Part shown: one piece after another, positions 27,086-35,660 of the stretch | Position numbering within the stretch: the stretch's first letter is position 1 | How the letters are laid out: each line of letters begins with the position of its first letter | Assembly: GCA_031414595.1 (NCBI GenBank) | Contig: JANNVX010000014.1 | Location: forward strand, 32,001 to 96,000 | DNA from: Deinococcales bacterium | GTDB lineage: Bacteria; Deinococcota; Deinococci; Deinococcales; JAAFIG01 | Direction of reading: 5' to 3' | DNA length: 64,000 nt | The notes under the pieces: model-generated | The model's database searches: none | What the model was told of the DNA's origin: nothing | Seen by the model: only the letters and a program-made list of their open reading frames with translations | Translations under genes and position numbers: made by a program

Positions 27086-27162
27086 GGGTCTATAGCTCAA
27101 TCGGTTAGAGCGGAGGTCTCATAAACCTTAGGTTCGGGGTTCAAGTCCCCGTGGACCCACCA
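27086..27162 (+). tRNA. tRNA with CAT anticodon, most likely tRNA-Ile2 (lysidine); elongator Met not excluded
   Basis: Full cloverleaf: GGGTCTA/TGGACCC acceptor, GCTC/GAGC D-stem, GAGGT-CTCATAA-ACCTT, CGGGG-TTCAAGT-CCCCG, ACCA end. Confidence 0.95.
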
Positions 27163-27185
27163 AATTATGAAGTTTGGATTTAATA

Positions 27186-27677
27186 ATGCCTTACACTCCA
27201 ATTCTTGCCACGCTGGGTTATTTAATCTCTGAAGATAATCAAAAGGTTTTACTGGTGCATCGGCATAAACGCAACGCCGATGCACATCTTGGCAAATACA
27301 ACGGACTGGGCGGGAAACTCGAGCCGTTCGAGGATGTGGTCTCCGGTTTGCGCCGTGAATTCTTAGAAGAAGCCGGAATTGCCCTAGATAATGTAAGACT
27401 GCGCGGCACAATCAACTGGTCTGGTTTTGGTAAGACGGGCGAGGATTGGTTTGGCTTTATTTTTGTAGCGCGTGGTTTTTCTGGGCAAATCACCTATGAA
27501 AATCTCGAGGGAACGCTTGAATGGGTCGAAATTTCTAAGTTACTGGCTGGGGATTATCCGCTTTGGGAGGGCGATAAGCATTTTTTACCACTGGTTTTTG
27601 ATGATAACACAAGCCCGTTTTCTGGGGTGATGCCGTATAAGAATGGCAAACTGGTCTCTTGGGCATTCTCGAGATAA
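27186..27677 (+). CDS. NUDIX hydrolase (8-oxo-dGTP diphosphatase-like)
   Basis: Nudix box GGKLEPFE......RREFLEEAG. Confidence 0.9.
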   Translation: MPYTPILATLGYLISEDNQKVLLVHRHKRNADAHLGKYNGLGGKLEPFEDVVSGLRREFLEEAGIALDNVRLRGTINWSGFGKTGEDWFGFIFVARGFSGQITYENLEGTLEWVEISKLLAGDYPLWEGDKHFLPLVFDDNTSPFSGVMPYKNGKLVSWAFSR

Positions 27678-27678
27678 T

Positions 27679-30600
27679 TTACATATCCCAATGCACACGG
27701 CTGGTATCTTGGGCTTTTTCAATCACTAAACGGATTGGTAAGCGGTCTGCGAGGGCTGGGACGTGAGTTATTACGCCAACCATGCGCCCTTGGGTTTGCA
27801 GGTTCTCTAAGGTGTTGGCGACCATTTCCAAGGCATCTGCGTCGAGTGTGCCAAAGCCCTCATCTAAAAAAAGTGCGCCTAGGGCTTGGCTTCCAGCTAG
27901 ATAATCGGACAGGGATAAAGCCAGTGCAAGCGAAGCAATAAAACTTTCGCCACCCGAAAGGGTTTTTACGCCTCGAGATTCTAAGCCGTTCCAAGCATCC
28001 CGAACATGAAACTCTGCATCTATCAGTTCGAGCGTATAGCGTTCTCGAGTGATACCCTGCAAGGTTTTGGTGGCACGTTGCAGCAGTTGTTGTTGGACTC
28101 CTGCCAGTAAATAGTCTTGGAATTCATTGCCTTTCATATCTAGGGCTAGGGCAGCGTAAGTGTCAAAGCGTTTTTCTAGCCCGTTTTGCTCACGGCGTAG
28201 GTCTTTAGCTTGTTTAATCTGTTGTTCTAACTGGGTTTTTTCGGCTTCGAGTTGCCCAAGTGTGCGGCGCAAGGTTTGGTTTTGTTGTTCTAAATTTTGC
28301 TGTTGCTGCTCGAGTTCTTCGGGTGGTGTCTCGGGTTTTCTGCCGCCCAATTCTTCAGCAATTTGGTTTTGGCGTTGTTGCACCAACAATTGATTTTGCA
28401 GGTGTTTTTGGATGCTTTCCTCGAGTGCCAAAATTTCGGCTTCGGGTAGGCTTTGGCTTAGCGCGGTTTGGCTGTCTAAAAAACCCAATTCTGCGAGTTT
28501 GGCTTGGGTGGTTTCTTGGGCTTGCATAGCTTCTTGCTGGGCGGTATTTAAGTTGTTGCGTGTGGCTTCTAAGGCACTTTTTAGGCTGGCGGTCTGGGTT
28601 TTAGCGTTTGTGTACGTTTCTCTGGCTTGGCGCTCATTCTGCTCGAGTTGCGAGCGCTTGGTTTTGAGGTTTTCAATCTCGGTTTTGAGGTTTTCATTTG
28701 CGCCAGCTTGCCGTAATTCATAAGCAAAAGCCCCAAGCAGTTTTTGTTTAGCGGCTTGTAAGGCAGCATTGGCGTTGCTGTGTACGCCCAGCCGAGCCTC
28801 GAGTTTAAGCACCAAGGTTTTGCGTTCGCTTTCGATTTCTAGGCGTTGCTGCTCGAGCCGAAGGCTTTCTTGCAAGGCATTTTTTTGTTCTGCCTGACGG
28901 CTTTCTAAAAGCGAAACGGCTGCCTCGAGACGGCTTTGTTGGCTGGCAAGTTGCGCTTTTGTTTTACTCAGTTGCTCAGATGCACTTTTTTCGGCTTGCT
29001 GCAATTGTGTTTTGTTTTGCTGCAACTGCCTAACACGGTTTTCAAAATCGGTGGCTTGGCTTAATTCATTGGCTAAACCAGAAAGTAATTCGGCTCGAGC
29101 CGTTTGTAAGGCACTTTTGGGGTCGGTGGAATCTGAAAGCACATCTTGCCAGCCTTGCAATAGTTGCTCGAGTTCTTCGCTTGTCTCACGCAAGGTTTTT
29201 TCAACTCGAGCCACTTCTTTAGCTGCACTCATTTTATTTTGTTCATGGTTTTTAGCAGCTTCTTTTAAGCGAGTGAATTCATCACGTAAACGGCTGACCT
29301 CGAGCAATCCAACTTGCAGGGCTTTTTCGGACGTTGGCACATTGGCATTAAAATCTGGCAGGGTTTTAAGTGGTTCGCCACACACAGGGCAAGGGTCGCC
29401 GATATTTAAGTCGCGTACCAATTCAGCCGCGATATTCTCACGTTTTGCGGCTTCGAGTTTTGCCTCGAGTTCTTTTTGAGTGGCTGCCGCGATTTTCCCA
29501 TCGCTCAGAACCGTGTTTTGCATGGTTTTTGTTTCTTCAAGTTGGGCTTCCCATTGTAGCAGTTCATCCCTTGCCGTCTCGAGTTCGGTTTTGGTGTTGC
29601 CAATTTGTTTGACAATTCGGACATGGGTTTTTAATTCGTTCTGGACAGTCATTATTCTCGTCCAAGCCTGTTCACTAAAACTTGGTGCGAGCGGACTGGC
29701 ATCTTCAAGCTGCCCACCAAGTTCGCTTAAACGTTTTAATTTGGGTTTTAACGCCTCGAGTCCACGCAGTTCTTCTTCTAAAACGGGGATTTGCAGGGCG
29801 GCTTCTCGAGCCGTTTCTAGTGCGTGCATGTCCTCGATTTGTCTTTGCTGCACATCTTCAAGAACTTTTTGTTGCTCGAGTAGCGCGGTCTGGGCTTCTT
29901 TAAGACGAAGACCAACCGTTCCAAGTTCGGCGCGGCGGCGTTCAAGTTCTTTGAGTTGTTTTTGACTTCGTTCCAAAAGTGGTAATTGGGCGCTTAGTCG
30001 CTCGAGTTCACTCCAAGCAGTTTCAGTGAACGGTTCGCCCTCGGCAGTATCGCTCAGGCTTCCACCCAAGGCTTCCAATCGTTCTAAACGCGGCACAAGC
30101 GCCGTTAAAGCCACCACCTTATCCTCGAGATGTTTCGTGCCAAGGGCGGCTTCTCGAGCCGTTTCTAAAGCCTCTAAATGCTGTTGCTCGAGCCTGTGCG
30201 CCGACTCAAAACGCTGCTGGGCGGTTTCAGCTTCCCGTTTAATTTGACCAAGCCGCGCTTCAAGTTTTATGTTTTGTTCAATCAATGGCAAAATACTCGC
30301 CACGCGCCGTGCAGCTTTAGCTTGGGTTTGTAGTGCTTCAATTTTTGCTTGGGCAGCCTCTAAACCCTGCCACTCGAGTTTTACATTTTGCAGCGCGGTT
30401 TCTAAACGCCAGATGTCCCTTGCCTCAATCAGTGCCGTCTTTAACCGCTCGAGTTGCTGACCTGTCTGCTCGAGTTCCCTTTGTTTTTGCAGTTGTGTGG
30501 TTTCTAGCGTCTCGAGCGCTTCTGGTGTGGCAGTGGAGAGCGATTCTAACTGAATTTGCAATGCCTCAGATTTAGTTTTGGCTTCTCGAGCCAGTTCACC

Positions 30601-31134
30601 ACTGCGTTTTTGGATGTTTTCGATTCGCTCTAAACCAATCAAATTCTTGAGTAAATCACGGCGTTGCTTGGGTTCACCGCGCAAAAAACGATCAAATTCA
30701 CCCTGCGGTAACAGTACCGCTCGAGTAAAACCTTCAAAATCCAAACCGACGGTGCGTTCAATCGCTTCAGCAACTTCTTTTTTCTTGATTTGCTCAACCG
30801 CCGTAACCCATTTATCATTTTCCAAGCGCTCAAACCGAACTTCCGAACTTTTACTCGAATAAGTGCGAGCCACACGATATTTGCGTCCATCAGAGGCTTC
30901 AAATTCAAGACTTAAACTCATGCCGCTACTGCCTTGGGCAATCAGTTCCTTGGCGGGTTTAGAACCTAAACGCGGGGTTTGTTCAAACAGTGCAAAGGTC
31001 AGGGCATCTAAAATACTCGATTTTCCCGCGCCAGTCTGCCCAACAATTGCAAATAACTCGAGATTCGAGAAGTCAATCACCGTCAAATCCCTAAAACACG
31101 TAAAACCCTGCAATTCTAAGCGAAGCGGACGCAT
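27679..31134 (-). CDS. sbcC: SbcC/Rad50-type SMC ATPase
   Basis: Walker A GQTGAGKS, LLPQGEF, zinc hook CPVCG, signature LSGGE, Walker B LFLDEGFG. Confidence 0.93.
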   Translation of the reverse strand: MRPLRLELQGFTCFRDLTVIDFSNLELFAIVGQTGAGKSSILDALTFALFEQTPRLGSKPAKELIAQGSSGMSLSLEFEASDGRKYRVARTYSSKSSEVRFERLENDKWVTAVEQIKKKEVAEAIERTVGLDFEGFTRAVLLPQGEFDRFLRGEPKQRRDLLKNLIGLERIENIQKRSGELAREAKTKSEALQIQLESLSTATPEALETLETTQLQKQRELEQTGQQLERLKTALIEARDIWRLETALQNVKLEWQGLEAAQAKIEALQTQAKAARRVASILPLIEQNIKLEARLGQIKREAETAQQRFESAHRLEQQHLEALETAREAALGTKHLEDKVVALTALVPRLERLEALGGSLSDTAEGEPFTETAWSELERLSAQLPLLERSQKQLKELERRRAELGTVGLRLKEAQTALLEQQKVLEDVQQRQIEDMHALETAREAALQIPVLEEELRGLEALKPKLKRLSELGGQLEDASPLAPSFSEQAWTRIMTVQNELKTHVRIVKQIGNTKTELETARDELLQWEAQLEETKTMQNTVLSDGKIAAATQKELEAKLEAAKRENIAAELVRDLNIGDPCPVCGEPLKTLPDFNANVPTSEKALQVGLLEVSRLRDEFTRLKEAAKNHEQNKMSAAKEVARVEKTLRETSEELEQLLQGWQDVLSDSTDPKSALQTARAELLSGLANELSQATDFENRVRQLQQNKTQLQQAEKSASEQLSKTKAQLASQQSRLEAAVSLLESRQAEQKNALQESLRLEQQRLEIESERKTLVLKLEARLGVHSNANAALQAAKQKLLGAFAYELRQAGANENLKTEIENLKTKRSQLEQNERQARETYTNAKTQTASLKSALEATRNNLNTAQQEAMQAQETTQAKLAELGFLDSQTALSQSLPEAEILALEESIQKHLQNQLLVQQRQNQIAEELGGRKPETPPEELEQQQQNLEQQNQTLRRTLGQLEAEKTQLEQQIKQAKDLRREQNGLEKRFDTYAALALDMKGNEFQDYLLAGVQQQLLQRATKTLQGITRERYTLELIDAEFHVRDAWNGLESRGVKTLSGGESFIASLALALSLSDYLAGSQALGALFLDEGFGTLDADALEMVANTLENLQTQGRMVGVITHVPALADRLPIRLVIEKAQDTSRVHWDM

Positions 31135-31826
31135 TAGCTAATCTGCTCGAGCGGAAGGTGGGTCAGGCGATTGGCATAAATGAGTTCGGTGCTTTGGTGG
31201 GTGCTTTCGTGGACATCAATCCGCGTGATACCGGTGTTATTGAGTTGAAACCAGTGCTTACCCGAACCTACCGCTACGCCAAGCGCTTGCCCCATAATAT
31301 GAGCGTAAAAATGCCCATGCGAAACAATCGCAACTCGGTCTTTTGTGCCACCATGACGCTTGAGTAATTCTGCCCACATCTGAACGGCTCGAGGGTTACA
31401 GTCTAGTTCTACGGCTCGAGACCACCAGCCTTGTGTGCCGTAAATCGAAAAATCTATGCTCGGAAAACGCGCCCCCAGTTCGGCTCGGTTCTTGCCAGAT
31501 TGCCCAAGGCGTTGCCCATCCTGCTCGAGCCAAATACCACCAGTTTCATGCCATTCTTCCCAGATTATAGGGGTTAAACCTGTGCCACGGCTAATCTCGA
31601 GCGCGGTGTGAATCGCCCTTGTCATGGTACTACAATACAAATGTGTAAAACGCTGACCACTTTCAAGCGGGTCGGTATTGCGAGTCAAAAAATCACCTAG
31701 GGTAGTCGCTTGTTTGACCCCAAGACTTGATAGTTCAGGGTCATCAGAACGCCCCAATTCTGCGCCAGTGGCATCAAAAAGAGCATTGTTAAGACTTTGG
31801 GCATGGCGAATAAAGTAAAACCGCAT
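31134..31826 (-). CDS. Histidine phosphatase (phosphoglycerate mutase family)
   Basis: YFIRHAQS, S...RA..TA, IVSHG. Confidence 0.9.
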   Translation of the reverse strand: MRFYFIRHAQSLNNALFDATGAELGRSDDPELSSLGVKQATTLGDFLTRNTDPLESGQRFTHLYCSTMTRAIHTALEISRGTGLTPIIWEEWHETGGIWLEQDGQRLGQSGKNRAELGARFPSIDFSIYGTQGWWSRAVELDCNPRAVQMWAELLKRHGGTKDRVAIVSHGHFYAHIMGQALGVAVGSGKHWFQLNNTGITRIDVHESTHQSTELIYANRLTHLPLEQIS

Positions 31827-31907
31827 GGGTTATTTATACCAGACAAGCGATGAGTTATCGGGGTTTTTCGGTGCATTACATTACTTTTAGGTGTGGTAAT
31901 ACGAGTT

Positions 31908-32342
31908 TCAGGAAGCCCATGTTTTACCAATGCCTGAACCTCTTTGGCTCTCGAGAAGTAGGTCTTGATGCAACGAAGTACCTTGTTCCCTAGCGGCTGT
32001 GATTGGAATGAATTCATCAGTGGTTTTTAAGCCTATGACCAACTCTGCATTTACTGCGTTACAGAGTCGCAACAATGTTTCAAGGGTATGGTTTTGATTT
32101 ACATTTTCCCAACGTGAAATAAGACTTTGTTTTACCCCCATTTTTTTAGCAAGTTGCGCTTGTGTATAGCCTACTGTCTTACGCGCTTTTGCTAAAGCAA
32201 CCACTAAACAATATTTTACAGCCTCTTCATTGGCAATGGCTTGCATTTCTGGAGTATCAGGAATCAAATCCTTCATCCACTTTGCCAAGTCCACAGGGGA
32301 AGTAACGGATGCTTGTACTTTGCTAATTTTTTTGTTTTTCAT
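31908..32342 (-). CDS. HigA-like XRE antitoxin
   Basis: HTH TQAQLAKKMGVKQSLISRWE; downstream of the toxin. Confidence 0.8.
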   Translation of the reverse strand: MKNKKISKVQASVTSPVDLAKWMKDLIPDTPEMQAIANEEAVKYCLVVALAKARKTVGYTQAQLAKKMGVKQSLISRWENVNQNHTLETLLRLCNAVNAELVIGLKTTDEFIPITAAREQGTSLHQDLLLESQRGSGIGKTWAS

Positions 32343-32346
32343 AATT

Positions 32347-32718
32347 TTATTCTTTCTGAGCTTCTTCGCGCTCGAGAATAATAGCGCGGCGTTGACGGGC
32401 GACTTGTAGTTCCAATGGTGGTATTTTATTGTTTGAACGTCCTACTTTTGCAAACCCATGAAGTAAAATAATTCTTGTGCCAATGGTCGTAAAAAGAATT
32501 CTCGGGTTGTTCGTAGAGTTTTCGGCGCGTAATTCAAAAATACCTAATTCTATCTGGGAAACGATGTGCGAAGAGACAAGATGTTTTTCATCTCGAGCAT
32601 ACTGAAGTCTCAATAGTAGCCTTTGTACTTCTGCATTTAACAACTGACCAAGGAAGTCCTGAACAGGGTTTTTTCCACGATGATCGGTAAATTGTTCTAT
32701 GCTCCATTGAACAGACAC
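32347..32718 (-). CDS. RelE/HigB (Gp49-like) toxin
   Basis: G.NPV.DFL, IFELR, RILF, IILLHGF.K...K.P..E...A..R. Confidence 0.85.
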   Translation of the reverse strand: MSVQWSIEQFTDHRGKNPVQDFLGQLLNAEVQRLLLRLQYARDEKHLVSSHIVSQIELGIFELRAENSTNNPRILFTTIGTRIILLHGFAKVGRSNNKIPPLELQVARQRRAIILEREEAQKE

Positions 32719-32785
32719 TATTCATAACCTCTTAGAGTATATAACTTATAACTTATATTTTGTGTGACAATCGTAACACAAAACC

Positions 32786-34318
32786 TTAATTAACCATTTG
32801 GCTTTTCATCAATTCTCGAGCCGTGCTTTGGTCTTGGCTGCTGGGCATTCCCCAATCGGGCTGATAGGCAAACAAAGTTTCTAAAGTCTGGCTGCCAAAT
32901 TGGTCATTGAGAATTTCAAAGTGTTTACTCGAGATAAATGCAGGGTGAGGCTGCCCGCAAGCATGACAAAGCCGCAAAATTTCTTTACGCAGCGTAATTA
33001 AATAATTGGCAAGCCGAGCGCTTTTATCGCTTGGGTCAAGTCCTCGAATCAGCCACTTATCTTGGGTTGCCACACCTGTTGGACAGTGGTTGGTGTGGCA
33101 TTTTTGAGCTTGGATACAACCAATGGCGAGCATCGCTTCGCGGGCAACGTTAATCATGTCGCAACCTAAGCCAAAAGCAAACAGCGCATCTTCAGGGAAA
33201 CCCAGTTTGCCACTGCCAATAAAGACAATCTGCTGCTGCATTCCGAGCTTGGCAAATTCGGCGTACACCCTCGAGAAACCCATCTTAAACGGTAAACTCA
33301 CATGGTCAGTAAAGGCGAGCGGCGCAGCCCCAGTACCGCCTTCGCCGCCGTCTATGGTAATAAAGTCAGGTCCCTGATTCCGCGCTTGCATTCGTTGTGC
33401 CAGCAACTGCCAAAACTCGAGGTCGCCAACTGCACTTTTAATCCCCACGGGTAAACCTGTTTGGCTGCTCAGCAGCTCAAGAAAATCAATTAAGCCATCC
33501 ACACTGTTAAAAGCACTGTGGTGGCTGGGCGAAATGCAGTCCTCGCCAATTGGCACACCCCTTGCCTCGGCAATTTCGGCACTGACTTTATGGGCGGGAA
33601 GTACCCCACCAAGCCCCGGTTTTGCGCCTTGGCTTAGTTTAATTTCGATGGCTTTGACGGGTGCGTTTTGGACTGACTCGAGGAATTTTTCTAAACTAAA
33701 CGTACCATCCAAGTTTCGGCAACCAAAGTACCCCGTACCAATTTGCCAAATTAAATCACCACCACTTTTGTGGTATCTCGAGATACCGCCCTCACCCGTG
33801 CTTTGCAGCGCCCCAGCAATTTTTACGCCACGGTTTAAGGCTTCAATCGCCGGAGCAGATAAACTGCCAAAACTCATGCCCGAAACACCCACCACACTGC
33901 TCGGGCGAAAGGCTTTTGGGCGATTGTGGTATGCACCCATGACCTTAGCGCATGGAAGACTGTAATTTGGGTCGTGCGACTCGGGAAGCGGAAAAACACT
34001 GTGCTTGATAATCAGGTAATTTGGGCTTAACTCAAGGTCGTTGTCTGTGCCAAAACCAAAGTAATTGTTTTGTTTTTTGGCACTGGCATAGACCCAAGAA
34101 CGTTGGTCTCGAGTAAACGGACGCTCGGCATTATTGGCACTGATGATGTACTGACGCAATTCAGGACCCACCATCTCGAGGGCATAACGCGCCCAGCCCA
34201 ACACAGGGAAATTTCGACGAATTGCATGTTTGGTCTGACGCAAATCAAGAATTGCTACAACAACTAGAATCACCACAATCAGTGCAAGCCAGAACATAAA
34301 TCCCAGTTTAACATCCAT
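32786..34318 (-). CDS. FMN-binding glutamate synthase family protein
   Basis: MSFGSLS, TGEGG, EIKLSQGAKPG.GG, DGGEGGTGAAP, CIQAQKCHTNHCPTGVATQ. Confidence 0.93.
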   Translation of the reverse strand: MDVKLGFMFWLALIVVILVVVAILDLRQTKHAIRRNFPVLGWARYALEMVGPELRQYIISANNAERPFTRDQRSWVYASAKKQNNYFGFGTDNDLELSPNYLIIKHSVFPLPESHDPNYSLPCAKVMGAYHNRPKAFRPSSVVGVSGMSFGSLSAPAIEALNRGVKIAGALQSTGEGGISRYHKSGGDLIWQIGTGYFGCRNLDGTFSLEKFLESVQNAPVKAIEIKLSQGAKPGLGGVLPAHKVSAEIAEARGVPIGEDCISPSHHSAFNSVDGLIDFLELLSSQTGLPVGIKSAVGDLEFWQLLAQRMQARNQGPDFITIDGGEGGTGAAPLAFTDHVSLPFKMGFSRVYAEFAKLGMQQQIVFIGSGKLGFPEDALFAFGLGCDMINVAREAMLAIGCIQAQKCHTNHCPTGVATQDKWLIRGLDPSDKSARLANYLITLRKEILRLCHACGQPHPAFISSKHFEILNDQFGSQTLETLFAYQPDWGMPSSQDQSTARELMKSQMVN

Positions 34319-34323
34319 TTAAT

Positions 34324-34369
34324 CCAGAACCGACTTTCTTGGGCTTCATGCACAATCACTTGAAGTTTC
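34324..34369 (-). pseudogene. hicB 5' fragment
   Basis: 46-bp near-copy of 35545-35590 lacking the start codon. Confidence 0.65.
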
Positions 34370-34440
34370 TACTCGAGAAACCAAAAAATACATCAAAATT
34401 TCGTGAACCATAAAAAATCGAGTTTGTACAATTTGCTCGA

Positions 34441-34473
34441 GAAAATAAAAGAGCAGCCTTTGCAGACTGCTCT
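34441..34473 (-). terminator. Intrinsic terminator (repeat copy 1)
   Basis: AGAGCAG...CTGCTCT stem with U-tract on the minus strand. Confidence 0.75.
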
Positions 34474-34490
34474 CGGCTCGAGACGCAAAT

Positions 34491-34889
34491 TTAGGGGAGC
34501 AACTCCAAGTAATCTAAATGAAGCGGTTTAACAACACGAAAATGTCTTCGGTCTAAAGTCAGCACTTTGCGAATACGGTAACGTTCGGCTAAGGCAACAA
34601 TACTTGCATCCACAAAACCAAGGGGTAAATCTTGGTAATACCGTCTAATCTGATTGACTCGCTCTAAATCCAATTGGTCAAATGTCAGTAACTCGTTATT
34701 TTTGACAACCCGTTCAAAAAAGGTTTTCGCCGTATTTTCACCAAGGTATTTACAAAGAAAATAGTCAACTTCGCACAACACAGAAGTTGGTACAAGTAAA
34801 CCTTGTGTTTCAAAAGGCTTAATGGCTAAATGATGCTTGTCGTTTGCATCAATCATGGCGATTAAAGCGCCAGTATCGCATAAAATCAT
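34491..34889 (-). CDS. vapC: PIN-domain VapC toxin
   Basis: ILCDTG, E, FVDASIVALAER, LTLDRRHF. Confidence 0.92.
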   Translation of the reverse strand: MILCDTGALIAMIDANDKHHLAIKPFETQGLLVPTSVLCEVDYFLCKYLGENTAKTFFERVVKNNELLTFDQLDLERVNQIRRYYQDLPLGFVDASIVALAERYRIRKVLTLDRRHFRVVKPLHLDYLELLP

Positions 34890-35113
34890 GTACGCCGCTC
34901 GAGCGGATGGTCAGCAAAAAGCAATTCATCTACCCGTTCAGATAAATCACCAATGCCAGAAGCTCCAATGCCAGCCCATGAAATTCTGGGTTGCCTTGGC
35001 TCGAGTAAAACCGGTTCTGGTTGACCCAAGGACAGTTGCAATTGCCTAAGTAATTCGGCACGTTCATGAAAAGAGAGTTGAGTCATTTCTTTTTGTAACT
35101 CGAGGAGGCTCAT
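34886..35113 (-). CDS. Putative VapB antitoxin
   Basis: Small ORF overlapping the vapC start; G.SG.GDLSERVDELL. Confidence 0.75.
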   Translation of the reverse strand: MSLLELQKEMTQLSFHERAELLRQLQLSLGQPEPVLLEPRQPRISWAGIGASGIGDLSERVDELLFADHPLERRT

Positions 35114-35152
35114 GGCTTTATTGTGGCATAAGAAACCCATTTTGAGAAGTCG

Positions 35153-35188
35153 AGAAAATAAAAGGAGCAGCCTTGGCGAAACTGCTCT
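35153..35188 (-). terminator. Intrinsic terminator (repeat copy 2)
   Basis: GAGCAG...CTGCTC stem plus U-tract. Confidence 0.7.
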
Positions 35189-35194
35189 TAAGTT

Positions 35195-35401
35195 CTAAAA
35201 ATCTGCTTCGGTCAAACCGGCTTGCTTGATCAAAAAAATCTGCAAACCAATTTTTAGGGATTTATGCCCATGAATCGGAATTGAAAGCCGTACCATTTCG
35301 CCAGTTTTGCCATAAATATGATGACTGCCATTGATTCTTAGTAGCACCCAGCCTTTAGTTTCTACGGCTCGAGCCAATTCAACACCAGACAGGCTTTTCA
35401 C
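35195..35401 (-). CDS. hicA: HicA toxin
   Basis: GW...RINGSHHIY...IPIHG...K.G. Confidence 0.92.
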   Translation of the reverse strand: MKSLSGVELARAVETKGWVLLRINGSHHIYGKTGEMVRLSIPIHGHKSLKIGLQIFLIKQAGLTEADF

Positions 35402-35592
35402 ACAGCAATCTCGAGAATCCGACCACTGACTGGCGGTGGAATATCCACCAGTAAACAGCCTTCAACAGCCTCATAGATGTTACTCAGCAATTCCTCAAAA
35501 GTATCGCCTTGAGTAGCACAACCGGGCAGGGCGGGTACTTCTGCCCAGAACCCACCTTCTTTTGCTTCATGGACAATCACTTGAAGTTTCAT
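35398..35592 (-). CDS. hicB: Short HicB antitoxin
   Basis: [22 protein letters not shown]...NI.EA. Confidence 0.92.
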   Translation of the reverse strand: MKLQVIVHEAKEGGFWAEVPALPGCATQGDTFEELLSNIYEAVEGCLLVDIPPPVSGRILEIAV

Positions 35593-35608
35593 GAACAGAT
35601 TATACGGC

Positions 35609-35645
35609 AAAAAAATAATAAGAGCAGCCCTTGCAGACTGCTCTT
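35609..35645 (-). terminator. Intrinsic terminator (repeat copy 3) of the S41 operon
   Basis: AGAGCAG...CTGCTCT stem plus U-tract. Confidence 0.75.
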
Positions 35646-35660
35646 GGCTCGAGAAGGGGT

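Noticed and set aside
27086-27162. Integrase-type island using the tRNA 3' end as att site
   Set aside because: No tyrosine or serine integrase and no duplicated tRNA 3' end seen; the island lies on the 5' side.
27097-27411. 104-aa minus-strand ORF
   Set aside because: Antisense to the tRNA and the NUDIX gene; shadow ORF.
34441-35654. Integron attC cassette array
   Set aside because: The repeats are short terminator hairpins without RYYYAAC/GTTRRRY boxes, and no integrase is present.
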